From: Desulfuromonadales bacterium
GTDB taxonomy: Bacteria; Desulfobacterota; Desulfuromonadia; Desulfuromonadales; SZUA-540
NCBI GenBank assembly: GCA_033549025.1
Contig: JAWSUS010000002.1
Span: forward strand, 224,001-288,000
Reading direction: 5' to 3'
DNA: 64,000 nucleotides
The notes under the pieces are model-generated. The model was not told where the DNA came from. It was given only the letters and a program-made list of their open reading frames with translations, and searched no databases. The first letter of the stretch is position 1, and every line of letters begins with the position of its first letter. Shown here piece after piece: positions 11,108-20,481 of this stretch. Position numbers and translations under genes: made by a program.

Positions 11108-12103
11108 TTAGCCGGCGCACTTCTTTGGCTGTTTCTGCGCTGCGGCCGGGCCAAACACCCGGTCGGTATATTTGACGTACCAGGCCGCCGATTTAACCTG
11201 CACCACATAGGCCAGACTGATAACCAGAGCCGCCTCGGAACCCGCCGTCCCAAAGGCGTTGATGGCCACGGCCAGGGCGATGGAGAGGTTGCGCATGACC
11301 GTGCCGTAGACCATGGCGATGGCGTCTTCACGGGGGAGCAGCATCTTCCCAATCACCGTGCTGAGCACATAATTGAACAGGTATAGCAGCAGCAAAGGGA
11401 TAAAGATCGCCACCAACTGTTCGGGGTGGGCCGCCACCGCCCGGGCTTTGAGGGCCAGGGCGATAAAGACGATCCCCAGCACGCCCAGCACCGACAGGGA
11501 CGGGAAGAGCGGTGCCCAGGTGGTCTGAAAACGCTCCTGGCCGTAACGCCGGACGAGGGCGCGTTGGGTGAAATAACCGGCGATCATGGGCAGAAAGACC
11601 ATGAGCCCAATCTGCTTGAGAATACTCAGCAGTTCGACCTCGACCTGCGCTCCCATGAGGCCGCGCACGTAAAAAGGCGTAGCCAGAGAACCGACGATCA
11701 GCCCGACCACCGTCATCTTCACCGCCGCGGCCAAATTCCCCTTCGCCAGACCGGTCCAGGAGATGGTCATGCCGCTGGTCGGCACCAGAGCCGCCAGCAG
11801 CAGACCGAGGGCCAGGTAGGGGCTGTTTGGAAAGAACAGCTGGCCAAAGCCGAAGGCCACAAAAGGGATGATGGCGAAATTAACCACCTGGGTCAGCACC
11901 TGGGCCTTGGTATCCCCCCCCTCAAGCACCTTGCGGATCTTCAGGGTCACCATCATCGGGTAGACCATGAGAAAGGTGAAAGGGAGAATCAACGCCTTCA
12001 GAGGCCCCGCCTCCGCCAGGAGGCCATAGACGAAACCGGCGACCATCATCACCGGAATGGCGATGACCAGATTTTTACTGATCTTGTTCAACAGATTCCA
12101 CAT
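11108..12103 (-). CDS. ACR3 / bile acid:sodium symporter family transporter
   Basis: About 10 TM helices, MVYPMM, PTSGMTISWTGLAKGN, MRNLSIALA. Confidence 0.82.
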   Translation of the reverse strand: MWNLLNKISKNLVIAIPVMMVAGFVYGLLAEAGPLKALILPFTFLMVYPMMVTLKIRKVLEGGDTKAQVLTQVVNFAIIPFVAFGFGQLFFPNSPYLALGLLLAALVPTSGMTISWTGLAKGNLAAAVKMTVVGLIVGSLATPFYVRGLMGAQVEVELLSILKQIGLMVFLPMIAGYFTQRALVRRYGQERFQTTWAPLFPSLSVLGVLGIVFIALALKARAVAAHPEQLVAIFIPLLLLYLFNYVLSTVIGKMLLPREDAIAMVYGTVMRNLSIALAVAINAFGTAGSEAALVISLAYVVQVKSAAWYVKYTDRVFGPAAAQKQPKKCAG

Positions 12104-12124
12104 GAATTGCCACTCTTCCTTCCT

Positions 12125-12538
12125 CTACTTGCGTGCCTCTTCCAGTATTTCCCGTATTTCCCTAAAGCTCTGATCAAGGGAAGTCTAAAACTCGTCATCC
12201 TCGACCAGGGCCGCCACCAGTTCCCGGGCGTAACTGAGAAAGCGGATCTGAGTCTTGCCTTCTTTGGTGAAGGTCATGATGAACTTGGGCATCAGCACCG
12301 CCCGCTCCGGGTTTTTCCGCAGACTCTGAGCGGCCCGCGCCGGCTTGCAGATCTGAATCATGTGCAGATCAAAATCCTCGCCCACCTCCAGCCCATGGGC
12401 ACTGAAGGTATGCGCCATGGCCATTTTATCCTCATTGTGGATGGTAAAACCCCGCCGACCGGCGGCCAGGGCCAGATCCTCCACGAAAAGGGGGAGCTTC
12501 TTGTCCGTTTCCGCTTTGTACAAGGTTGCCTGAGTCAT
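12125..12538 (-). pseudogene. DUF302-like protein interrupted by in-frame TAG at 12185-12187 (nonsense mutation, sequencing error or read-through)
   Basis: IQICKP...ERAVLMP core; after the TAG the frame continues TSLDQSFREIREILEEARK* and ends just before the RBS of the next gene. Confidence 0.6.
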
Positions 12539-12565
12539 GGATTTCGTCACCTTTTGTAATCGATT

Positions 12566-12952
12566 CTAGTGTTCGTGTCCACAGCCGTGACCCTGGCCAT
12601 GGCCACCGCAGGTTCCCTGCAGGGTCAACTCGGGCAGGTTGTCTTCGCGCAGACAGGCGAGGTTGTCGGCCACCGTCACCCCTTGTGCCTGGAAAACCTT
12701 GAGGCCAGCGCGGTTCAGGCCCATGAGAGCACCGCTGCCGATACCGCCGACGACAATGGCGTCCACCTGCTGCCCGCCGAGGGCCCTGAGCGGCCGGCAC
12801 TGACCGTGCACATGATCTTTGTCACCGTTGTCCACGGCCTCCACGGCACGGCTCTCCGTATCGACGACCACGAACAGGGGGGCCGAACCGAAATGGCCAA
12901 AGACCACACTCTCCATCCCTTCATTACTCTCTACCGGAAAACAGATTTTCAT
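12566..12952 (-). CDS. NifB/NifX family (dinitrogenase Fe-Mo cofactor-like) protein with Gly/His/Cys tail
   Basis: MKICFP, GHFGSAPLF, GGIGSGA, C-terminal CGGHGQGHGCGHEH; GGAGG RBS. Confidence 0.88.
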   Translation of the reverse strand: MKICFPVESNEGMESVVFGHFGSAPLFVVVDTESRAVEAVDNGDKDHVHGQCRPLRALGGQQVDAIVVGGIGSGALMGLNRAGLKVFQAQGVTVADNLACLREDNLPELTLQGTCGGHGQGHGCGHEH

Positions 12953-12974
12953 GGCGTACCTCCTTGAGCTGTTT

Positions 12975-12988
12975 TGTGCATATGCACA
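12975..12988. promoter_or_regulatory. Perfect 14-bp palindrome, candidate operator of the NifX-DUF134 operon
   Basis: TGTGCATATGCACA about 22 bp upstream of the first start codon. Confidence 0.6.
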
Positions 12989-13320
12989 TTTAAACCGAGT
13001 CGCCATGATTGTCAACAGCTTTTTCACCTGGATTAGTGTATTTTTGATTAAAAGAATTGCTGCACTTTATACCGTGCTTTAACGTTCGAGGGAATCCTCT
13101 TCGAAAAAACCTATCGCCCGACCCCAAAAAAGACCCTGCCGCATAGACTTATTCTTCCCTATTACTTTTTTTACATAGGTTTTTTCGATAGGTGACATCG
13201 GCTGATGCCTCTGCTTTCTCTTGACGAACAATACCTTTCATGTCAGGATGTGCCGTCGCTCACATTCCATATCACTGCGGGCCTGGCCCGACCTGTCTCA
13301 TTGACGAAAGGAGTATCCTC

Positions 13321-13737
13321 ATGTTCAAACGCCTCACGATGACCCTCGCACTTACCCTGCTCCTGACCGGCACTGCGCTGGCCACCAACATGATGGAAGA
13401 GGACGCGGTGAAAAACCTGCTGGAACAGGATAATGCCTTGATCCTGGTCGACATCCAACCCGCAGACGCCTTTGCCAAGGCGCATATTCGCGGCTCACTG
13501 GAAACCAACGCCTTCCCTGCCAAAACCACTGAAGAAAAGGCCCGGCTGGATCAGGTGCTGCCGGCGATCGAGACCTCCGACCTGCCCGTCGTGATCGTCT
13601 GCCCGCGAGGAAAAAGCGGCGCCAAAAACAGTTACGACTATCTGCTCTCCAAAGGGGTACCGGAAGACCGTCTCTACATCCTGGAGGGCGGCATGGCCGA
13701 CTGGCCCTTTGACGAACTGCTCGTAGAAGGCCGCTAA
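13321..13737 (+). CDS. Exported rhodanese-like domain protein
   Basis: Signal peptide, LVDIQ, HIRGS, VCPRGKSGA active-site loop, LEGGMADW; AAGGAG RBS. Confidence 0.87.
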   Translation: MFKRLTMTLALTLLLTGTALATNMMEEDAVKNLLEQDNALILVDIQPADAFAKAHIRGSLETNAFPAKTTEEKARLDQVLPAIETSDLPVVIVCPRGKSGAKNSYDYLLSKGVPEDRLYILEGGMADWPFDELLVEGR

Positions 13738-13742
13738 CCTTC

Positions 13743-14822
13743 ATGGGGGCGGCTCAACCCGATAATCTGGGGGGTCTGTGGGAAGAGATGGCCATCCTCT
13801 GCACGTCCTGCGGCGTCTGCGTCACCCCCTGTGCTTTTCTGCGGCGCGAGGGGACGCCGGCAGAAATCTGCCGGCGACAACCGCCGGCGGATCAACTGGA
13901 CAAGGCCTACGACTGCTCCCTGTGCGGGCAGTGTGACGCCCTCTGTCCGGAAGGGCTGCGTCCCTCGGCTCTCTTTCTCGCCATGCGCCAGGCCCTGGTA
14001 CGACGCGGGGGTCTTGACACCAAAGCATACGCCGGCTGGCTGCGCTACGAAAGGCTCGGAAGCCACCCGCTCTTCCGTCGGCACCTCATTCCCCCGGGCT
14101 GCACCAGCGTCTTCTTCCCCGGCTGTTCACTCCCCGGCTCACGCCCCGAAGGGGTGCGCGACCTCTATCATCGCCTGCGCCAGCAGGATGCGTCCATCGG
14201 CCTCGTCCTTGACTGCTGCGGCAAAATCTCCCATGATCTCGGCCGCGAGGAGTACTTTACCGCCCTGTTCAACCGACTTGCCAACAGTTTGCTGGCGCGG
14301 GGTGTCCGCCGCGTCCTTACCGCCTGCCCCGGCTGCAGCAAAATATTCCGGCACGCCGACTCACCCTTCGAGGTAAAAAGCGCGTACGAAGTGTTGGCAG
14401 CAGGAGCAGGGGAATCGACGATCAGGGAGACGGCACCGACGGTGGCTATCCACGACCCCTGTCCGGCCCGCTTTGACGCCGCCCAGCAGCAGGCGGTGCG
14501 CACCCTGGTAAGCCAAGCCGGCTGGCGCATCGAGGAATTGCCCGAAAGCGGCCGCACCACCCGCTGCTGCGGCCAGGGGGGAATGGTGGAAGGCAAACGA
14601 CCCGGCACGGTCAGCAGCGAGGCCCACCTCATCGCCGCCCAGGCCCAGGGACGCCCGCTGGTCACGTCCTGTGCTGCCTGCGCCCATGCCCTCGAACAGG
14701 CCGGCCCCGTCGCCCATGTCGCGGACCTCATGGCCGGCGGGACCGACTTTAGTCCCAAGGCGCCACCCTCGGCCGTCCGCTGGCTGAACCGCCTCGGACT
14801 GCGCCTGCGGAGGAGGCTATGA
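13743..14822 (+). CDS. (Fe-S)-binding protein with ferredoxin motifs and CCG domains
   Basis: CTSCGVCVTPC, CSLCGQCDALCP, FFPGC, DCCG, HDPC, CCGQGG. Confidence 0.85.
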   Translation: MGAAQPDNLGGLWEEMAILCTSCGVCVTPCAFLRREGTPAEICRRQPPADQLDKAYDCSLCGQCDALCPEGLRPSALFLAMRQALVRRGGLDTKAYAGWLRYERLGSHPLFRRHLIPPGCTSVFFPGCSLPGSRPEGVRDLYHRLRQQDASIGLVLDCCGKISHDLGREEYFTALFNRLANSLLARGVRRVLTACPGCSKIFRHADSPFEVKSAYEVLAAGAGESTIRETAPTVAIHDPCPARFDAAQQQAVRTLVSQAGWRIEELPESGRTTRCCGQGGMVEGKRPGTVSSEAHLIAAQAQGRPLVTSCAACAHALEQAGPVAHVADLMAGGTDFSPKAPPSAVRWLNRLGLRLRRRL

Positions 14823-15469
14823 AACGTCTTTCCCTGCGCCTGTTTTTGCCTCTCCTGCTCATGCTGAATGTTGCCGGTTCCGCCCTGGCGGCAGACGGAT
14901 CCTATCGCTTCGGCAGCGACGAGATAATCGGCTGGGAAGTCAGGTCCTTTAAGGGAAATACGGATTATCGGCTGGTGGAGGAAGCGGGGCGCCGGGTTCT
15001 GCAGGCCAAGGCCAGGGGCACCGCCTCCGGCCTGGTGCGGAAGATCACCTTCGACCCTCGCGAATACCGCTACCTGCGCTGGTCCTGGAAAATCGAGGGC
15101 ACCGTCGCCGGCGGCGACGCCCGCACCCAAAAAGGGGATGACTACGCCGCCCGGGTCTACGTGGTCTTCCCCGGCCGTTTCTTCTGGCAGACCAAGGCTC
15201 TCAACTACGTCTGGGCCAACCGGTTGCCCCAGGGCGAGTTCACGCCCAACGCCTTCACCGCCAATGCCCGCCTGCTGGCCGTACAGTCCGGCGCCGCCAA
15301 GGCGGGACAGTGGCTTGACGAACGGCGTGACCTCGTGGCCGACTACCGTCGTCTTTTCGGGGAAGAGCCGCCCATGGCCGGAGCGCTGGCCATCATGACC
15401 GACGCCGACAACACCGGCGCCACCGCCACCGCCTGGTATGGCGACATCATCCTGTCGAAGAGCCCATGA
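14819..15469 (+). CDS. DUF3047 domain exported protein
   Basis: LRWSWK, GDDYAARVYVVF, LNYVWA, AIMTDADNT, YGDI. Confidence 0.85.
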   Translation: MKRLSLRLFLPLLLMLNVAGSALAADGSYRFGSDEIIGWEVRSFKGNTDYRLVEEAGRRVLQAKARGTASGLVRKITFDPREYRYLRWSWKIEGTVAGGDARTQKGDDYAARVYVVFPGRFFWQTKALNYVWANRLPQGEFTPNAFTANARLLAVQSGAAKAGQWLDERRDLVADYRRLFGEEPPMAGALAIMTDADNTGATATAWYGDIILSKSP

Positions 15470-16155
15470 AGTCCAGACACCTTCTCCTGCTGCTCGTCGC
15501 CGCCCTCCTCGCCGGCCTCTTTTTCGCCCTGGACCTGGGGCGTTTCCTCACCCTGGAAGCCCTGCAGGACAACCGGCAGCGCCTGCTCGTTGTCTACCGG
15601 GAGCATCCGCTGCTGACCGTCGCCGCTTTCATGGCCCTCTATATCGTGCAAAGCGCGCTCTCCCTGCCCGGCGCCATCATTTTCGCCCTGTCGGCCGGGG
15701 CCATTTTCGGCCCCTGGTGGGGGACCGTCTATGCCGTCACCGCCGCAACCATCGGCGCCACCCTCTGCTTTCTCGCCGTGCGCACTCTCTGGCACCGGCA
15801 GATCAGCGAACGCTTCGGCGCCCGCCTCGAAGGCCTCAACCGCGAACTGGAAGCGAGCGGTCTGGGTTACCTGCTCTTTGTGCGCCTCGTCCCCGTCTTC
15901 CCCTTCTTCCTTATCAACCTGGCGGCCGGGCTCACCCGCCTGCCGCTGCGCACCTTTGTGCTCGGCACGCTGGTGGGGATGCTTCCCGGCGGCTTTGTCT
16001 ACGTCAACGCCGGTGCCGGTCTGGCCTCTATCACCCGTGTGGGCGATATCGCCTCCCCCCGCGTCCTGGTTTCCCTCGCCCTCCTGGGCCTGCTCGCCCT
16101 CGTTCCCACCCTCTACACCCGTTTTAAAAACGGCCGGCGCCGAAACGCTGCTTGA
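15466..16155 (+). CDS. TVP38/TMEM64 (DedA/SNARE-associated) membrane protein
   Basis: SLPGA, GAIFG, RLVPVFPFFLIN, GMLPG. Confidence 0.9.
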   Translation: MKSRHLLLLLVAALLAGLFFALDLGRFLTLEALQDNRQRLLVVYREHPLLTVAAFMALYIVQSALSLPGAIIFALSAGAIFGPWWGTVYAVTAATIGATLCFLAVRTLWHRQISERFGARLEGLNRELEASGLGYLLFVRLVPVFPFFLINLAAGLTRLPLRTFVLGTLVGMLPGGFVYVNAGAGLASITRVGDIASPRVLVSLALLGLLALVPTLYTRFKNGRRRNAA

Positions 16156-16218
16156 CCTCCTGACAGATATCCGCTCTATCCATCCCGTCAGGACCAAGTG
16201 TGTTTTCTCTCCCCCTTC

Positions 16219-16254
16219 AAAAAAAATGGGCGCCCCGGAAGGGACGCCCATTTT
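16219..16254. terminator. Bidirectional intrinsic terminator between convergent genes
   Basis: AAAATGGGCG...CGCCCATTTT stem with A/T runs on both sides. Confidence 0.8.
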
Positions 16255-16272
16255 GACGGACGGTGTTTGCGC

Positions 16273-18198
16273 TTACTGGCACTGATGCGGATAGGGGACG
16301 TTATCCACAAACTGGCTGGCTTCGGGATCACAGGGACCGACCAGGTTCCGCTCGGGGCGGCTGAACGTGTGGCAGAAACTGCAGTCCATGCCGGGGCCTT
16401 TGCTGATATGGCCATGCATCCGCTCATGATTGCTCGGCAGGTTCTTCTCACGGTGGCACTGGCTGCAGATCTGCGCCTTGGGCCCCTTGAGCTGGTACCC
16501 CAGCGTGTCGAGCTTGCTGTCGACCTCGATCCCCCAGGCGCCGCTTTCATGACATTTGGCGCAGGAAACGGAGGTGGCCGGCGCCACGCCATGATTGATC
16601 AGCTGGTAGGTATCGGTGGTCACCCATTCGTAGGGCGTGGTGGCCGCATAGCCCTGATTCTGCAGGCCGCTTTCAATGGCCTCGATAACATCGCCGGTCG
16701 TCCCCAGATACACGAGGGTGTCGAGGGCAATGAGCTTGCGGTCGGCGGAGACCATCGGCTGATCGGCCGTCTTGTACTTGAAGGGATAGAGTTTGCCGTC
16801 ATGGATGTCTCCCAGCGGCCGGGAGGTCGGATAGGCGTTGGTCGTCGGATCCATCACGGCCACATCACCCAGCAGGTAGTTGTCCGAGAGCCTGTTCCAG
16901 AACCGGAGCTCCGGAACCAGGTTGGCAGCCTTCTCGAGATGGGGATGTCCGGGCCCGGTGAGTCCATCCGCCGGGCTGCCGTCATGGTGGAAGCGCCAAT
17001 CACGGTGGAGCTCGGTCTCGACCTTGGCATAGACATCCACGTGACAGGCCTGGCAGGACACCCGGGACACATGGCGGTCGGGCTCGTTGCGATTGCCGCT
17101 GGAGGCGTGGCCACTGCCGCTGTCCATCCCCGGATGGCATTCGGCCGTCGAACACTTGACCTCGGCGGCGAAATCCGTCACGCGCAGATCCGACCCTTTG
17201 CCCGTCACCTTGTGATCGATGAACTTATGGCAGCTCTGGCAGCTCAGGTTGGGCCCGAGCACGTTCATGTGCACATCGAAATTGGCGTCGTTGTTGGCGA
17301 TGGTGGCCATGGAGAGATCCCCGCGCTTGACCGCGTCGCCGCCCCCGGCATTGGCGTGACAGACCAGGCAGTTCTTGCGGGTCGGCTTGCCCAGGTTGCG
17401 CACAAAGCCGTCCAGGGTCGCCTGGGGCGTCTCTTCAGGCGGGGCCAGGGAACCATCGGCCAGCCGGGTGCGCACGGCCGCGTAATCCTCATTATGGCAC
17501 ATGAGGCAGTCGATATTCTCCGTTCCTACGCCGGCCGTATCGGGACGCATGCCGCGGCCAACGTGGCACTTCCCGCAGATTTTCCAGTCGCCGAGGATAT
17601 TGATACAGTAACTGTTCACCGAGTTGGTCAGTTTGCCCTGGGGGGTTCCGGGCTGGTTCACCATGTCAGGGGCCGCGCCAACCCACTGGTAGTGCACCGA
17701 ACCGAACATGCCACTGGCCTGGCTGCTGTGGCAGGAAAGGCAGTTGGCCGGGTAGTCGGACCAGGCCAGATTGGCGTGCGTTCCCCCGCCCGTGGCACAG
17801 GCGGGATCTTCGGCGTCGATCAGGCCGTTGCAGTTGTCATCGATGCCGTTGTCACACACTTCGGACGAACCAGGATTGACCCCGGCCAGAGCATCGTTAC
17901 AGTCGGCCTGAGGGTAGGTGCAGCTGGCGTCGGCCGGAAAACCGTACCCGTCGCCGTCGCTGTCCGTACAGGTCGAATCGGCGCAACCTTCGTCGACTAC
18001 ACCGTCGCAGTTGTTGTCAACGCCATCAAAACAGATTTCCGCCGCGCCGGGATAGCTGAGCGGATCGCTGTCATTGCAATCGACATTGCTCCTGTAGCCG
18101 TCGCCATCGTCGTCCACAGGCTTTCCGGCCAGGACTCCGGTGGCGCCCATACTCAGCACCAGGCAGACAAAAGCCAGCATCAACATGAGTTTCTTCAT
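16273..18198 (-). CDS. Multiheme cytochrome c (octaheme tetrathionate reductase-like core plus 2 extra hemes) with N-terminal Asp/Cys-rich metal-binding repeats
   Basis: Signal peptide; 9 CxxCH plus 1 CX4CH; GGGDAVKRGDL, DVHM, YPFK, INHGVAP; two DxDGDG...DC...PG..E.C.G.DxNCxG..D repeats. Confidence 0.85.
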   Translation of the reverse strand: MKKLMLMLAFVCLVLSMGATGVLAGKPVDDDGDGYRSNVDCNDSDPLSYPGAAEICFDGVDNNCDGVVDEGCADSTCTDSDGDGYGFPADASCTYPQADCNDALAGVNPGSSEVCDNGIDDNCNGLIDAEDPACATGGGTHANLAWSDYPANCLSCHSSQASGMFGSVHYQWVGAAPDMVNQPGTPQGKLTNSVNSYCINILGDWKICGKCHVGRGMRPDTAGVGTENIDCLMCHNEDYAAVRTRLADGSLAPPEETPQATLDGFVRNLGKPTRKNCLVCHANAGGGDAVKRGDLSMATIANNDANFDVHMNVLGPNLSCQSCHKFIDHKVTGKGSDLRVTDFAAEVKCSTAECHPGMDSGSGHASSGNRNEPDRHVSRVSCQACHVDVYAKVETELHRDWRFHHDGSPADGLTGPGHPHLEKAANLVPELRFWNRLSDNYLLGDVAVMDPTTNAYPTSRPLGDIHDGKLYPFKYKTADQPMVSADRKLIALDTLVYLGTTGDVIEAIESGLQNQGYAATTPYEWVTTDTYQLINHGVAPATSVSCAKCHESGAWGIEVDSKLDTLGYQLKGPKAQICSQCHREKNLPSNHERMHGHISKGPGMDCSFCHTFSRPERNLVGPCDPEASQFVDNVPYPHQCQ

Positions 18199-18306
18199 TA
18201 ACCTCTCCTCCATTGTTCATTTGGGGGGAATAATTCCCCGGATAGCGTTGGGCCGGTCGGCATCGCAAACAATCGCCGGCGGCCGGTGAAGTTTCCACCC
18301 GCTAGG

Positions 18307-18323
18307 AGCACTGTTGATGCCAA
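18307..18323 (-). promoter_or_regulatory. Sigma-54 (-24/-12) promoter of the multiheme cytochrome
   Basis: Minus strand TTGGCATCAACAGTGCT with exact GG-N10-GC spacing, about 110 bp upstream of ATG. Confidence 0.75.
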
Positions 18324-18529
18324 AATCGGTGAAGAGGTTTTAACGGCGCTGTTGGCTCACTAAAAAGCCGTCTGATTTACTGGGGTTTGCTGAAGCAGAA
18401 AAAATGATTAAGCCCGTCTAAGTTGCCGAAATTTAGAGCCTTTTAACCCAGGACAGGTTCGATCCCGGCGGGTGTATTCGTCCAAGGTCAAATCACGGGC
18501 ATAACTGCCGCGATTTGACTCTCTCTGAT

Positions 18530-19156
18530 CTATACCTCTTGCCTTCTCCCCGCCTTAAACCGTTTTAAAAGGTAATAGGCTTCGCGATCTCTCTCACCGA
18601 GGCTTTGTGAGATGGTGCGGATGTGCCCGTCAATCTCGGGCATGACCCTTTCCTCCAGCACCCGGATCCGGCGCGTCAGGCGCAGCAGCTCCTCGCCCAG
18701 GCGTTTCAATTTGCCCTCGTAGGAAGCCTGTTCCAGCATTTCCGCCAGGATCGATTCAAACCCGTGAATGGCTTCTTCCAGGTGAACGGTGGTCTGGGAA
18801 TAGTCGTAGGACCGCTGCGGCGGCGACCGGACCGGGGATCGGGTCGCCCGAACCTCCCGGTAGCGCAAGCCCAGGATATTGCCGGGCTCCACGGTCACGC
18901 CGAGATCCTGACGGCTGTCGCCGAGTAGCGAATCCAGCTCACCGGCTTCCTCGTTCCCCAGGCTGAGCCACAGTTCCTGCAACGCGCGCCGGTAGGTCTC
19001 CCGCAGGGCCTGACGGCTCTCCAGCAGCGGCGTGGCCGTGGCCAGGAGCTCGCGGATCAGGGCCTGACGTCGCCCCTTGAGAATGGCGACACTGCCGCCG
19101 ACGGCCCGACGCCTGTCCTTAAGCCGCAGCATCTCGGTCCGGGTAGGGGGGATCAT
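18530..19156 (-). CDS. ntpD: V/A-type ATP synthase subunit D
   Basis: PTRTEMLRLK, LKGRRQAL, TRRIRVLE; operon position. Confidence 0.9.
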   Translation of the reverse strand: MIPPTRTEMLRLKDRRRAVGGSVAILKGRRQALIRELLATATPLLESRQALRETYRRALQELWLSLGNEEAGELDSLLGDSRQDLGVTVEPGNILGLRYREVRATRSPVRSPPQRSYDYSQTTVHLEEAIHGFESILAEMLEQASYEGKLKRLGEELLRLTRRIRVLEERVMPEIDGHIRTISQSLGERDREAYYLLKRFKAGRRQEV

Positions 19157-20478
19157 CCGCCCTCCAGATCGAATTCTTTCAGGAGCGCGGCGCCGATGTC
19201 GAGGGTCTCGGCGATGGTCCGGCGCGCCTCCCCCTGATGAACCAGCCGGCCCTCGAAGGCCTCGGCAAAGGTGAGTACTTGGATATCCGCGCGGCTCATT
19301 CCTTCCCGGCCGACGATGGCCTCAAGCTGCTGGAGCTCCCGCCCCCGTGCATAATGCCGATACAGCGCGTTGGCAAGATCCCGATGATCTTCCCTGGTTC
19401 GCCCCGCGCCAATTCCGCGCTGCATCAGCCGCGAGAGACTCGGCAGCACATCGATGGGTGGGAAAATCCCCCGCTGGTGCAGCTCTCGGGACAGCACCAC
19501 CTGCCCTTCGGTGATATACCCGGTCAAATCGGGGATGGGATGGGTAATGTCATCCTCGGGCATGGTCGCCACCGGCAGCATGGTCACCGAACCGGCCACC
19601 CCCTTCAGACGCCCCGCCCGCTCGTAGAGGGACGCCAGGTCGGAGTAAAGATAGCCCGGGTAGCCGCGCCGGCCGGGAAGCTCTTCCCGTGAGGTGGAAA
19701 TCTCCCTGAGGGCGTCGCAATAATTCACCATGTCCGTCACCAGCACCAGCACATCCATGGCTTTTTCGAAGGCCAGGTACTCGGCCAGGGTCAGGGCGAG
19801 CCGAGGCGCCAGCAGGCGTTCGACCACCGGCTCGTCGGCCAGGTTCACGAAGGCGACGAAGCCGCCCCGCATCGTCTGCAGGACCTCCATGTAGAGGCTG
19901 TACTCGCGATAGGTCAGGCCCAGGGCGGCAAATACGACCACGAAAGGGCCGCCGCCCCCCAGGCGGGCCTGACTCAGAATCCCGGCGGCTATTTCCCGGG
20001 CCGGCAGGCCGGCACAGGAAAAAACCGGCAGTTTCTGTCCGCGGACCAGGGTGTTGAGCCCGTCAATGGCCGAATACCCCGTTTCGATGAACTCTTCCGG
20101 TCGTGCCCGGGCCACGGGGTTGATCGGATAGCCGGTGATCGGCAGCCATTTCTCCGGCACGATGGTACGGCGGCCGTCCACCGGCTGGAACGAACCGTTG
20201 AACACCCGCCCCAGACAGGCCGTGGATACGGGCGCCTTTTTGACCGCGTCGGAGAAGATCACCGTCGAATGCCCCAGGTCCAGGCCCCGGGTCTCGCCGA
20301 AGACCTGCAGCAGGACGGTCTGGCCCTCGATCCTGAGTACTTCGCCCTCCTGTCGCTCCCCCTGGGGGCCGAGAATGGTCACCGTCTCGCCGAGACGTGC
20401 CTCGATGACCCCTTCCACGATCAACAGCGGACTGCGAATGGCGCCGATACTCTGATAGCGGTGCTCGCAAAGTCGCAT
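19153..20478 (-). CDS. ntpB: V/A-type ATP synthase subunit B
   Basis: IDGLNTLVRGQKLPVFS, PGRRGYPGYLYSDLASLYERAG, DDITHPIPDLTGYITEGQ. Confidence 0.95.
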   Translation of the reverse strand: MRLCEHRYQSIGAIRSPLLIVEGVIEARLGETVTILGPQGERQEGEVLRIEGQTVLLQVFGETRGLDLGHSTVIFSDAVKKAPVSTACLGRVFNGSFQPVDGRRTIVPEKWLPITGYPINPVARARPEEFIETGYSAIDGLNTLVRGQKLPVFSCAGLPAREIAAGILSQARLGGGGPFVVVFAALGLTYREYSLYMEVLQTMRGGFVAFVNLADEPVVERLLAPRLALTLAEYLAFEKAMDVLVLVTDMVNYCDALREISTSREELPGRRGYPGYLYSDLASLYERAGRLKGVAGSVTMLPVATMPEDDITHPIPDLTGYITEGQVVLSRELHQRGIFPPIDVLPSLSRLMQRGIGAGRTREDHRDLANALYRHYARGRELQQLEAIVGREGMSRADIQVLTFAEAFEGRLVHQGEARRTIAETLDIGAALLKEFDLEGG

Positions 20479-20481
20479 CGT

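Noticed and set aside
10359..12952. Nitrogen fixation cluster
   Set aside because: Only generic NifU-like and NifX-like domains; no nifHDK or nifENB.
18214..18300. c-di-GMP or other riboswitch in the cytochrome leader
   Set aside because: GC-rich pairing is possible but I could not find GEMM consensus elements or an expression platform.
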